Numbered from the stretch's first letter, positions 1 through 12,504 are shown. The stretch: 64,000 nucleotides of DNA from Antechinus flavipes (GCF_016432865.1 NC_067399.1:159030001-159094000); one strand, 5' to 3'. The notes: generated from the sequence alone by a model not told the origin. Program-made: numbers and translations.

Positions 1-284
1 AAAGTTATTATTAAATAAAATAAAATTAAAAAAAAAAAGAATCTCCAGGTTTTGTAAAAACTCCACTCAAACCAACCTCCAACATGAGGTGATCCTCACC
101 CCCAGCTGCTAATTTCCTTTCCTCAAAATGACCCTATATTCACTTGGCATGTATTTTGCATGAACTTATCAGTGTATATGGTGTTTCTTCAAATAGAATT
201 ATCATTCCTTAAAAGCAAGGATAGTGTCATTTCTGTTTTCATAATCTCAGCAAGTATAGCATTTTGTCTATTTTTTTTTTAGTT

Positions 285-522
285 TTTAAATTGTGTTCAA
301 CTCTTTATGACACTATTTGAGATGTTTTTAGCAAAGCTATTGGATGGATTTGCCATTTCCTTCTGCAACTCACTTTACAGATAAGGAAACTGAGGCAAGC
401 AGAATTAAGTGATATATCCAGGTTCAAATGGCTGGTAAGTATCTGCAGTCAGATTTGAACTCAGGAAGATGAATCTTTCTGACTGCAGGCCTGGAATTCT
501 TTCCACTGCACCACCTCATTGT
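285..522 (-). mobile_element. MAR1-type CORE-SINE
   Basis: Reverse CORE (acagataaggaaactgaggc), reverse tRNA-like head (ccactgcaccacct) and RTE-type tail (tttgccatttccttct). Confidence 0.8.
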
Positions 523-1444
523 CCTGTTATCTATAACAGAAGGTACTTAGTAAATGCTTGTTCATTGATTATTTTTAATGAATTGACCACTTTCACCATT
601 TGTTTCATCATCTTGGCTCCATAACGTATGCAAGGATAAATGAAGAGGAGAAACACATGAGTATTGAATTCTCTGGGAAAATAATGAACATATCTGAATC
701 CTAGATGTGACTATTATTGGCATAGCAGGGGCCAAAGTTGCTGCTTGGGAACAATACAAGGAAATAAAATAAGCCAAGGGCATAAGTAATTCAAAAGTGT
801 TTATCAAGCAACACACAGAGCCAAGGGAACTCGACCCAATGCTTTTGCTAGAGAGAATGACAATGATGATGTGCCGTTTCACTGGCTACATGACAGGCTC
901 AAATGCTTTCTCCCCCTCTGGGCGAAAAGACAACTGCAAATTGCAGCAAAAACTTCAAGTCATGGTGGCTTTTTGTTAGCAAAGGGATTGCAATTTATAC
1001 TTGGAGTGGTTTCTCAAGTTCAACCCAACACCCCCCTTTCCACAGCTGGGCTGGGAAGCTCACTAAAAGACCACGCCATAGCTCCCTAAGGAGATGTTAT
1101 GTCTACTGGCGACGTAGCGTTAAGATGTGGATGCAAAGCATATATTGAATAAAAGCAAGTGGTCTTTACTGGTGGGTAAGAATGTAAACTAGGGGGCAAG
1201 AGGCCTTGTTTTCTGGAAGGTTGTTTCCTATCAAGAAAGCCACAGTATAGTCAAACAACCCCCATAGCCTCGTTCAATGTTGCTTTCTAGATGTGATCAA
1301 AAGAATTCTGGAAAGCCATCAGTTGGCAGCTGCAACTTGCACAGTGGGTGGCAGAAAGGGGCAGCTGTCCATTACAGAGGCTGAGAAAAATTGATCTTAC
1401 CAGGGAATTTTATTCCATTCCTACTTCCTACTTAACAAGAATGA

Positions 1445-1640
1445 GCATTTATATGATTCCTACTATATGCCAGGCACTATGCAAATATTATCTCATTTGA
1501 TCTTCACAACAAACCTAGCAGGTAGGTGTTATTGTTATCCTCATTTTACAGATGAGGAAATTGAGGTATACAGAGTTTAAGTCACACATGTTTGAGGATG
1601 GATTTGAACTTGGGTCTTTCTGATTCCTGAACTAGCACTC
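1445..1640 (-). mobile_element. MIR SINE
   Basis: atctcatttgatcttcacaacaaacc...cattttacagatgaggaaattgagg, typical reverse MIR. Confidence 0.8.
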
Positions 1641-1799
1641 AAAATCCCTGGTGAATGTATACATATGTATATGGCACAGTCTGTAGGAAAAATGAATTTC
1701 AAGTTTAAATTCCCGTTTTTGCTTGGGATGATCACCAAACTGTTAAACTTTGTGAAATAAATAATAATGCTAACATTTAGATACATCACTATGTATTTC

Positions 1800-2010
1800 A
1801 CAAAGTGTATTACTTACATCATACATGTTAACTCATTTGATCTTTACAACAACTGTGCAAGATGGGAAGAATTCTTGTGCCCATTTTACAGATGAAGAAG
1901 CTGAGACATGAGGTTAAGTGACTTACCCAGTACTGAACAATTTGTAAATTATCTTGAGACAAGAGTTCGACTCAAGTCTTCCTGATTTCAAGTCTGGGGC
2001 TCCATTTACT
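1800..2010 (-). mobile_element. MIR SINE
   Basis: cccattttacagatgaagaagctgagac...ttaagtgacttaccc reverse CORE. Confidence 0.75.
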
Positions 2011-2134
2011 GCTCCATCTGTGACTTTTACTGACTCAGTATAACAAAATTTCAGTATGGCAAGGGATGGAAACTTGCTCCATCAGGTGGTTTGACAACTC
2101 ATCAGCAGCTTACATTTTTAGACAGTTGTCTAGG

Positions 2135-2280
2135 GAAGCTAGGTAGTGTAGTGGATAGAGGACTGGGCATGGAATCAAGAATGTAAGTTCAAATTTGATC
2201 TCAGACACTTACTAGCTATGTGACCCTGATCAAGTCACTTAACCTTATTTGCTTCAGTTTCCTCATCTGTAAAATGAAAA
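2135..2280 (+). mobile_element. CORE-SINE (MIR/MAR-like 5' part)
   Basis: gtgtagtggatagag head, gtgaccctgatcaagtcacttaacc, cagtttcctcatctgtaaaatg. Confidence 0.8.
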
Positions 2281-2539
2281 AAAAAAAAAGTGTTTTTCTC
2301 TTTATAGCTAAATATCCAGAACTATCAAGACACTAGCGACTCTCTGAACTCAATGAGCTTCCTTTTTTCAATTAGAGGTCCACATGTTTCCATAAAATAA
2401 TCCGTGAGAATTTAACACTGAACTTACAATAAGAAATCATGAAATATTATTAGAAGTCTTTGGCAGAAACTGAAGTTATCGCCATTAGTTTATTGAGGAA
2501 CATGACTTTTGTGCAGCGTATCCTTCAAATAATGCTAGT

Positions 2540-2730
2540 GGATTATAGATTTGGAGCTGGAAGAGACCTACAGAGGCCATCAAGCCTAATCTTATCTTTT
2601 AAATTTTTAAACAGATAAGGAAAATGAAATTTAGAGAGCAAAATCTTCTTGTCCTAGGTCACGTAGGCAGGAAATGGAAAAAGGATTAGAACTAGATCTT
2701 TGGATTTCAGATTCAGGGTCCTTTACAATG
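2540..2730 (-). mobile_element. MIR3-type SINE (CR1/L3-like tail)
   Basis: atagatttggagctggaagagacc...acagataaggaaaatgaa pattern. Confidence 0.65.
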
Positions 2731-5169
2731 TGGTGCCTCCAAATAACCTCATTAACTAATGAGGTAATAAATAAATAATATTTATTGTCTTTTTTCAGAA
2801 AATAGCTTCTTATATATTACTGGAGAGAAAGAAGCATTTCCAAAGATAAGGAATTTTTCAATTCAATTGAAAAATCATCTCTTGAGAAGGACTGAGCCAG
2901 GAGTCAGAAGGACCTGCATTCAAATACAGCCTTGTATATTTATTACCAATGGAACCCTGGAGAGGTTTCCTCAACTGTAAAATAGGGCTAATAAAATGAG
3001 ATAATTGTAAAGTACTCAGGACAGCACCTGAAACATAGTAGGTGTTATGCAAATGTTAGCCATTATTATTATTATTACTATAATTACATACAAGATACTG
3101 TATCAGATAACAAAAATGAATGAAAAAATTTTAAATGATTAAAATGGGTCAAATACCCTATTAAGTGCTGGGATTTAATCAATCATTTATTAAAAATTTA
3201 TTAAGTGCTTATGTTCCAGGCACTGTGGAGAATACAAAGAAACAAACACAAAAAGTTTTTTTTTTTTTTTTTCCTCCAGGAGTTTATATTCTAATGGAAA
3301 AGAAATCATGAACATGCATAGAAGTCTTTACATGATTTAGGAGAAGTAGATGGCTTCATGGTGAGAGAGTTGGTTTTGGAGCCTTGAAAATCTGGATTCA
3401 AATTCTGCCTCCAATATGTCTATTTCTCAAGGAACTTTCTCACTAAGAATTTTCTGTACCAAACAAATATCAGGTCTAGTCTCAGCCAGTCCAAGTCCCT
3501 GTTTCCTATACAAGATATGCAAAATGAATGAAAGGAACTTAATGATAGAATTGCATAAGAAGCAGGGAAGGGAATCGCAAGATCATAGAATTAGAGCTGG
3601 AACTGATTTCAGTGATTGTCTTATCAAAGCCTTTCATTTTATAGATGAAGAATCTGAACTCTAGAGAATTGACTTGAACAAGTCACACAGGTAATTAGTG
3701 CCTGAGGTAATCTTAATTCCAGATGTAGCACTTTCTACATTCTGCTACTGTTGGGGGGAGCCTTCAAGGAGACTAGGGAATCCAATAGGCAAAGGACAAA
3801 GGGTGGCCATTCCATCCTCAAGGAAGAGTCTTAAGATAATCCTTGATCAGTGTAAGATTTCAGGGCTGAGGGGCTAAAGACTGAAAATTCTGTCTAGTTT
3901 GGAAGCTTTCTTAGTATCAACGACAAAAACAGAACAGGAGGGGAAACAGTGAAGAGATGTGGGTCTGAATCCAGCTTCAGCTTCCACAAAGAGTCTCCTC
4001 AACTTGCTTCATTCATCTTCTGTCAAACTTTAATACTGAGGTACACATGGATATTTATGCCGGGTAAGTACGGGTGGCCCTGCCATCTGTATCTTGACAC
4101 CGTGGCTATATTAATCTCCATGGAGATGGACGTTACTTAGCGAAGGGGGCCAGAACTGAACATTTAGGTATCACAAGGTTGGCCTTTGTATTTCTCGGAA
4201 GAAATGAACTTTATTTTGGGTGTGGGGCTACTTTTGTTTTCATTCTATCCCTTCACACTAGTTTATAGAGTTCTGAGAAAGAATAGAAGATATGAAGTTG
4301 AAGTTATTCATGCAAATCTGATAAGTATTAGTCAGTTGGCTAGCTTTGTTCCATTATCATAGAAGGTACCTCCAAATCTTATCAGCTATCTTGTAACTAT
4401 ATCATTAGTCAGGAGGGAAATTATTCATTGCAAATATATCTTTATATCAGGAGAAATGTTTCAAAACACATGACCTACTGAAGAGAGGACCTATCTTTCT
4501 CCTTCTCCTTTCCCCTCTCTTCTGTCTTCTCCTTTTAGCACCCCTCATTACTCTAGAGGCTCATTCTTGACTCCCTGTTCCCTCTCTAACATTAGTACAA
4601 ATAAAGAATTATTGTTAGTTGTAGAAAGGACATCATAATAGATTAGATTCTGGGTCTTAGTCTCAGAAGAATGTCTACATTGGTATCATTATCAATGGGA
4701 AATATAGAATGGGCTTATTAATAGGAAATCTGCTTGTAAGTTGGGAAGTCTCTTTTTGGCTTTGCCATCTCCTACAAAAGCCACTTAATTTATACTTGCT
4801 AATTAATCAATTAGCTTGTATTTATTAAATGACTCCTTTGTACTAGGCACTGGAAATGCAGGCAACCTACCCCCAGAGAGCTTACTTTCTAATGAGGGAG
4901 AGAGCGAGGACATATAAATAAATATATAAATATACATATAAAATATATATATTTATAAAAATATATACAGCACAAATACAAAGTGAATAAAAACAAATTA
5001 ATACAAAGTAGGTAAGTATACTATTGTTTGGGAGGGAGGATATTATAAATTTCAGAGATCAGGAAAGGCTTCAAGGAGACAATGATATTTTAACTGTACT
5101 CATCAGCTAACTAGTCTCTGAAGATGTATCAACACAACAGTATTTTGGAAAATGATGAAGTTTTTAGTA

Positions 5170-5400
5170 AGCAGTTTAGGCAGCGCAGTGGATAGAGTAC
5201 CAGCCTTAGAATTAGGAAGAACTGAGTTTAAATTTGGCCGTAGGCATTTACTAGCTTTGTGATCCTAGGCAAGTCACTTAACCCTGTTTGCCACAGTTCT
5301 TCATATATAAAATGAATATCAGAAGGAAATGGCAAGTATCTTGCACCTCAATGGGATCAGGAAAGAGTCAGACATGACTGAAGCAACTGAACAAAAACAA
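5170..5400 (+). mobile_element. MAR1-type CORE-SINE
   Basis: gcagcgcagtggatagag head, CORE, tail gaaggaaatggcaa...gagtcagacatgactgaagcaactgaac. Confidence 0.85.
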
Positions 5401-5727
5401 ATAAATTGCTAATTCAGTGGTCATTCAAACACCCAGAACATCCCTCTTCCTCTCCCATCCCCCAAAGATGAAGACAAGATACAACTGTTAAACCAGTTTG
5501 ACTTTTCTTTCCTCAGGTCTGAATTCATCCTTTTAAGAATGGCTAATGGTTAACAAATGATTGGCAGATGTGATAAATCCTCTTGAGACAGCAACTTGTA
5601 AATGGAAGTAGGAGTCATGTCAATGTAATCTCTAACCTTTAGTAGCCATAAGCAACATCTCAATAACCTTGCTTACTTGGTTACTCCAACACCCAAGATT
5701 TCATTGTTATGGAGCCTTCTACTACTA

Positions 5728-6531
5728 GCTGAACAGCAAGGGTATCCTTAGGGAAAGGAGGTAGCATTTGTCAGGCAAGTCAAACCACTACCACCATCTT
5801 GACCACTACATATCCCAGACTCTGAGCTTAAGTGCCTTGAGAATCTAGTGCCTCCCAGTCAAGCCCCTGAAGCCATAATATGGGAAAGCAATGCATGTGG
5901 AGGTCTTAGCCACCCTGACCCACCATCAATTGCAACTTAAGAAAATAGACAAGATGACGTATCTTTCTTCTACTAAGACTTCCTGAGGGAGAGCTAGATG
6001 GCATGTTCTAGGAGAGCCAAATTATCATCACCCTTCAATCACTACCACTTTTGAAACCCCAATTAGAGACATCCCAGACTCCCAAATCCAAGAACTTTGG
6101 GAATTACAATACCCTACAGACCACCGGTCCTGTTTCTAAGCTAGACCACATCATTGAGAAGATTAATTAATCTATGTGAAGAAGATTATACCTTCCATGT
6201 CATCATAAACACCATCGATAACCAATTGCTATTAATGGGAAGATCAGCCATACTCTGGAAGTTGTAACACTTTTAGAACAGAGATCTTATTTCTATTCCA
6301 GTCCTCATAGCATTCATATTGGGAAGCAACACCCATGGAGACATGGTCAAGTGATTGCTTCTGAGGTGATATATCTAGGGCTACTGGTTCCCAGAAAAGA
6401 AAGTTCTCACTATCTAAGTCCTTGACACTGTCAGTGGTCCAACATCAGAAGCTGGCATCATTTTATCAGTGGAAATGACATTAACTTACCATCTGCTTTC
6501 CAGGTATATCTTAAGAACCATAGGACTTCCT
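5728..6531 (+). pseudogene. Candidate endogenous bornavirus-like L polymerase element (EBLL), degraded, covering the N-terminal ~350 aa of L
   Basis: Manual translation versus recalled BoDV-1 L, collinear motifs: GKEVAFVRQVKPLP (5752-5793) vs GTEVSFCLKSSSLP; LVPP..QAPEAII (5845-5880) vs VLPP..RAAEAIL; QLQL (5927) vs QLEL; FNH (6034) vs YNH; QELWE (6089) vs GALWE; LDHII (6141-6155) vs LDHII; INLCEEDY..Q.L.MGR (6166-6243) vs INLPHDDY..Q.L.MGR, ungapped, 10/26 identical; GYWFPE (6379-6396) vs SWYFPE at the same spacing from MGR; ILSVEMTL vs LLSYGHTL; RYILRTIGLP vs GYVSKNAKWP. Many stops and frameshifts. Confidence 0.72.
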
Positions 6532-6554
6532 ACTTGACTTAGAGCAAAAACCCT

Positions 6555-6700
6555 TTTATGTGTGTTGTGTCTAACATTAGAATGCGAACTCCTTTAGATC
6601 AGGGACTAACTTTCTTTTCTATTTCTATCTCCATTGCTTAGCAGAGTATTTTGTACATAGTAAGCATTTAATAAATGCTTTTTTAAAAATTCATTCATTC
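6555..6700 (+). mobile_element. L2 3' end fragment
   Basis: cattagaatgcgaactcc...agggact...tagtaagcatttaataaatgc, canonical L2 tail; lies just after the EBLL candidate. Confidence 0.75.
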
Positions 6701-6794
6701 ATTAAATCAAGCACATGCCATATGCTATTTCACTGAGAAAAATAGTTTAATGAAATTGAAGACCTTTAAAAAACTCTTTATAGTTGACTATTAG

Positions 6795-6995
6795 AATAGT
6801 GAAAAAAGGATTAGACCTATGATTTAACTGACATTGGAGAATTTTCAGACTAGAAAAACTCCCTCTACCAATTTCCTCTATAACTTAAATACTTAAGAAA
6901 GTTGCCTAGAAAACTGATAAGTTAAGCAACTTGCCAGCTTGTGTCAGAGATCACACCTGAACACATTTTCTTCACTTCTTAAACAGCTCTCTATC
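6795..6995 (-). mobile_element. RTE-tailed CORE-SINE (WALLSI/Mar3-like); related copies at ~22895-23120, ~43250-43440, ~59035-59250 (+)
   Basis: Shared block actccctctaccaat...agttgcctaga...gttaagcaacttgcc; the + strand copies end in caatgaaatcacag. Confidence 0.55.
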
Positions 6996-7889
6996 AAATA
7001 CCCAGGCTCAATGGCAACTGTCCCTTCTTACTTTTCTGGGTTTTGACAACCAAGGTAGATATCGAGGATGAAAGATTGCTTACTTTCACATTGTCAGAGT
7101 AAAGCTTAGGGCCCCAAGAAAGGTGGGGAAGATTGCTCTTGACAATATTGTTGTGACTAAATTAAATAAATTTAGATCAATGTGGTTTAGTTATTGGTTT
7201 TGTGTAAACCAAGTTAATAATGATGGTAATGAAACTAAGGCTCAATCAATTAATAATTAAGTATTTCTTTAGAATCTGTTAAGTATTCAATACCTTACTA
7301 AATGCCTTCGACTGGATCCCTTTACACAAAAGTTCATAATTTTATAAATATCGCTGGTGTTCTGTCTCTCAAAGATAAGCTCCCATAGGGTGGGGTGTCT
7401 GTTTGAGGTGTGAAATCAGCATTCTACTCATCAGGCAGTTCCCAATTAGTATGGAGTGTGTTCCCTGGTCTGTTCGCAAAGTGGTTGTTTTTGTGATACC
7501 GAACTTCTTGCTCTTGAAATTCAGAGGTTTCATTTGATTATATAATTATTGCTGGAAGAGACCTTAAGAGGTCCAAAACCTTCATTTGTTAGATGAGGAA
7601 AAAGTTCAGGTAAATTGAGAGCCTACTTCATCACACAGAAATAAGTGGGGGAGCTAGGATTTGATCCTTTGATTCCATATTGAGCCTATATTCCTTCCTC
7701 ACACCCAGAGCAATGGTACAAGCAATAGTTATACTGTAATCATACCATAGGTCAGCTCATAACAGTTAAAATAGCAAACTGAGCTTTAAGTCCCTCCAAT
7801 TCACTGAGTCTGAGCTTCTCTGAGCTCTGTAAAATGTGTGGCTCTGACCTCAATAAAGAATAGCAATTTGCTTGACTTTTAAATCTTTT

Positions 7890-8690
7890 ATAACCTGTCC
7901 TCTTCTTATTTTTCCAATCTTCTTACTCTTTAGTTCTTTATCCCCTCAACATACACACACATGCTTACACTAGTATATATATGAACAGATAGACACATGC
8001 ACACACATCTACACACCAATACATACATACACATACTTAAACACATATGCACATGCATGTACAGATAGACACACACACACATCAATCCACAGACACTGCC
8101 CCTTTTCTGTTCCTTACACAACATCTCCCAACTCTTAACAATTTTTACTGACTGTCCCCCATGCCTAGAGCTCTCCTTTATTTCAACCTCCTGGCTTCCT
8201 TCAAGGCTCTGCTTACTTCTTGTACAAAAACCCTTGAGGCAGCAAGATGGGGTGTTGTATAGAGCTCAGAGTTTGGATTCTGGAAAACATGAATTCAAAC
8301 TCAGCCACAGATCCTGTGTAATCCTGGTGGCTTAGTTTCCTCATCTGCAAAATGGGGATAATAATATCACCTACCTGCCATGGCTGTTGTGAGTGTCAAA
8401 TGAGATAATAATTGCAAAGCACTTAGCACAGTGCCTGGCACACAGTGGGTACTATATAAATATTATCTATCATTTCTCAATCTTAGGACATTTCTTCTGA
8501 GATGATCTCTAATTTATTATCTATCCAATTTGTACATAGTTGCTTGCATAGTCTTACCTAAAACACACTGACCTCCTTTAAAATGAGAACATTTTTTATT
8601 TTTTTTAGCGAATGGAGAGTGGAGCTTTAAATAAATTCCCTCTAATTAATACAGTACTTAGCCCATAATAAGCATTTGATAAATACTTGT
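7890..8690 (+). mobile_element. L2 3' region interrupted by a MIR (~8240-8465)
   Basis: actgactgtcccccatgcctag...ggcttccttcaaggctc L2 motif, L2 tail at ~8650-8690; internal MIR gtttcctcatctgcaaaatgggg...gtgcctggcacacagt. Confidence 0.65.
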
Positions 8691-8734
8691 TGCTTTGCTT
8701 TTCCTTCAAAAGCTTCAGAAAGTCTATACAACCC

Positions 8735-8857
8735 CTTTGAGGGTAATGTTTTTAAATACATAAAGTAAAATACAAGTATTACAAAGGACACCATACTGAA
8801 ATATAGTTATCAGAATAAGACACACAGCGTTCACTGAATCCAGGTTAAGACCCCTGT
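8735..8857 (+). mobile_element. hAT-Charlie MITE 3' fragment
   Basis: aaaatacaagtattacaaagga...tccaggttaagacccctg resembles Charlie/MER5-type termini. Confidence 0.5.
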
Positions 8858-11029
8858 GTAGAAGAAAAATCACAAGGATGAGGAAAAAACTCTTTGGGTG
8901 GCTCTTACAGCATCAAGAAGGGACAGTTTCAGAAGAGATATCATAATTGGGAAAATATTCATATGTGAAAGAGGGTATCCATGTCAGAGTAGGGAAGGGT
9001 TTTAATTCTGACTTATGAGGTTTTAATAAATAATGCCTTTGTAAACAAAGGATTGCTTGTACTTGACCTTCTAATTACATTTTTATTTGATTTTTTTTCT
9101 TCAAGAAAACAGTTGATCCCCTATCAGTTGAAAAGATCCTTTATCTCTGTAATCAGTCAAAAACAAATAGTAGGCCAATGCAAATGATATGCACTTGAAA
9201 GGAAGATGCTGGGAAAGGACAAAGCAACAGGCACTATATTAAATTGTAAATATTAGAGACATAACCTTTCTTCTTTCTAAGCAAATGGCAAATTCTCCAA
9301 TAAAGTTGTTAATCAGAAATGTCTAAAAATAAAAGCCCAAAGTCCCAGAAGTATGCATCTTATTTAGCAATGAAATGTTCTCTCTTTAAGATGAATTTTT
9401 TTAGGCTAAAGTTTTAGGATCAAAAAAAAATTTAGTTATTAGTGAAGCAAAAAATCCTGATTTGTTTCATACAATCTGACTTAATCAGTAAACATCTTCT
9501 CTGCTTCCCTACTCCACTGCCTACGGCCTTCTGCTCCAAGGCACATATGCCTATCCAGTAGAAACTAATCTTGCTGAAGAACTGGATCACTTCTGTGCAA
9601 TATAACTTACATGGGACTGGGACAGAATAATTGTGTGATTCCTTGGTTTATTTTTCATGAAAATTTCCCTTATATCAGATATCTGACAAATAAAGACACA
9701 ACCCTAAGTCTCTTTTGAATCAAATGAGATAATTATAAAGTGTTTAGCACCATGGCTGGCATACACTTGTATGTAGCATACTCTTATTCAAATGAAAAAT
9801 ATTTTTTTTCATTTTTTCCCTATAAAGTTTTCACTTATAACTACTGTGAGAATAGTTTTTGAAGGTCCTAGATTTAATAATCTTCCTGGTTTGAATAAGT
9901 ACTATTTACTTGGATTTAAGTACTATTTCCTTGGATTTAATCTCATTTCACTTCACAGACTGCCAATAAGATTAGTGACAAAACCCAAGATTTTGAATGT
10001 TTCATTACTAAATAGATGAAGATATCAACTTGGAAACACCATAGCCAAGTGTCCTTAAAGTGTCCTTCCTAGGTATACCTTGGAGAAAATATTCATCTTA
10101 TTAAATCTTGTTTGAATCAATGAAAATTATTGATTAAGAACTTATCCTGCACAAATAAATACAAAAACAAGACAATGCTTACCCTCAAGGACTTACATTT
10201 TAATAGATATAACAGCATATAGTGGGATAGTGGACATAGGTGGAAATTATTGCCTGGGAAATTACAAAGATGAGAAATGAAAGTAGATAAATGAAAGATG
10301 GAAAAAGAGAAAAGTTCATTAACACACTCTTTTCTTAGAAGCAATGGTAATGGTGATTTCATTACCATTCTCAAAAAAAAAAGAAATATAAAGTAGGGGG
10401 CAAGTAAAGGATAGCAGGATAGAAAATATCTATGATTCAGTATTTGGTACATAAATAAGCACTTAATAAAAACTCTTAATGTACTTTAGTATATTTGTCT
10501 ATCTGATAGCTTAGCTCCTTCCAGATTTGGTGTCTGATGATCCTGTTTGGTGAGGAGTTAGAGGAGTGAGAGGATAATCAAAACGCAGCTTTTCATGATG
10601 AAAAAAAAATTCATTCAGCTACTTACTTAATAAAATTCCAGCTTTTTATATCCTGGAACACAGCCACCATAGATGGAAGTTTACAGAACTAATTACACCC
10701 ACATTTCTTTCAATTCACTGTACCCCAACAATGTCATGACATTGGGTCAGAGGAACTGGGTCATTCAAGGTCCTATGAAACCATTTTCCTTTTTAGCTAA
10801 AGCAGTAGGCAATTTCCATAGCCTCATAATTTTCTCTACACTTAATAATTCATTATTCAAGAGATACCCAAACAATTCATTCTTACTTTCACTGCCAATT
10901 TATTTTGTCTTATGAGTTTTGGGGAGAGGGAGGAGAAGTAGATCAACTTTTATTTTGGAATTCTCTGTGCTATGACTTGCATGGAATTGAATTACATTAG
11001 GAAAGTAGAGAAACTGCATGGATTATCAT

Positions 11030-11150
11030 AAACATAAGGAAGAAGATGAGGAAGGCTTACAGTATATTTGAAGGAGAATCTGTGATTAATGTATGGGAAG
11101 GCATAATGAGGTTGTGACTTGCATTACTGGAGTGAATGTCTAATTCAGGA
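11030..11150 (+). mobile_element. Old RTE LINE 3' fragment
   Basis: gaggaaggc...tgggaaggc...ggttgtgacttgcattactggag resembles the marsupial RTE 3' end. Confidence 0.4.
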
Positions 11151-11770
11151 TCTGTGGGAATACTGAAGGAAAGGGGAAAATTCTACTGTTCTTTTTAAAG
11201 ATGGCCTTGACTGAAAGAGAATGTCCACTTAATGTTATAAAACCAGGTTATGGCTGGTTGCTAAGATTTTCAAATCTGAAGATTTGAACTTTTGACAAGG
11301 GATCAATATATGATGTGTATGTGGGCAAGGAATCCAGATGAGAAAGACCATGTAAGAAAAAGATTGGAAGTATTGACTAAATGAAAGTGAATAAAAAAGA
11401 GATGGACTCAAAAATCAGAGGTCCCAAGTTCAAATCCTGCCTCTTGTTATCTGCATAATTTTGAGCAAGTTATATATCCTTCCTGAGCCTCAGAAGTCTT
11501 TTCCATATAAATGAAAAGGTTAAACTAGATGATCCTTGAGGTCCCTACTACATCTCAATTTTTTGATCCCTTTGAGCTTTTTCCTTAAGATGAGAAGAAC
11601 ATCAGAAAAGCACCACACTTGATTTTAACTTAGGGCTCTCAAAGAATTCAGATTCAACAGGAGATGAGATGTTGAGAAACCTGCCAAGACTAAGTAGATA
11701 ATATGAAAATTCAAAGAACTCTGTGAGCAAGTTTTGTCCTCCACGGAGCTTATGAGTATTAGTTGACATA

Positions 11771-11771
<1 letters not shown>

Positions 11772-11817
<46 letters not shown>
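11772..11817. repeat. (CA)n microsatellite
   Basis: Direct reading. Confidence 0.97.
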
Positions 11818-11818
<1 letters not shown>

Positions 11819-12504
11819 CAATTTTAAATCTCCCCATTCCTTTTCTGTCTTTTCTGATGACTACTTTTAAAAACTTCAAAGCTTCTTACCAAATCCTTGA
11901 GGATACTTATGGAGGCTGTATATTTATTAAAACAATAATAACAAATCCCCTTTTATCCCCTATTATCAGTTACTAACTGATAATAAATAATTGGTTGTTA
12001 AAAATATTAAGTTGTTTTGGTTGAACCATTTTCCTCCCTCCTCAATTACTTTTCCACTTTTGCATGTATGTGTATAGACATATCCTAAATTTTATTGACC
12101 TTTATATGTGACCATCACTTGCTGAGGTACAACTGCTTTTACGGTAAGGTAATTCTTGTTAACATCTTCATTTGACAGCTGTGACCTTAGCCCACCCAAA
12201 ATAGAAGTTAGACAACAACAGAAAGAATTCAAAGCTCTGAAAGGGATCTATAAAAATAATCTTATTCATCCCACCTGAACTTGTAATCAAGATGACTTTG
12301 GATTTATCATAGACAGATAAGAGAAGTTTAGGATTGTTTTAAAACAACTTCATTTTAAGACAATAATAGATAGAATTTATAGAGGGCTTAAAAGTTTGCA
12401 AAACACACTCATTTGATCTTCCCAAGGGCTCTGGGAGATAGATGCTATTGTTATCCTCACTTTATAGCAACTGATGTAGTTAAATGACTAGCCTATGATT
12501 TTTC

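Noticed and set aside
6483-6492. Minus-strand donor ATG|GTAAGT
   Set aside because: It lies inside the EBLL candidate, and the upstream sequence is an L2 tail with no acceptor or ORF.
7000-7250. Possible continuation of the EBLL beyond the L2 and SINE inserts (WQL, LDNI, EDERL words)
   Set aside because: Matches are 3-4 residues, in different frames and not in the viral order; consistent with chance unless a translated search says otherwise.
10729-10744. 16-bp perfect palindrome CAATGTCATGACATTG (and 14-bp ATCTCCATGGAGAT at 4114-4127)
   Set aside because: About one 16-bp and several 14-bp palindromes are expected by chance in 64 kb.
11602-11879. ORFs with CV or TH dipeptide runs (also ~7930-8124, 16340-16543, 17102-17429)
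   Set aside because: Translations of CA/TG microsatellites.
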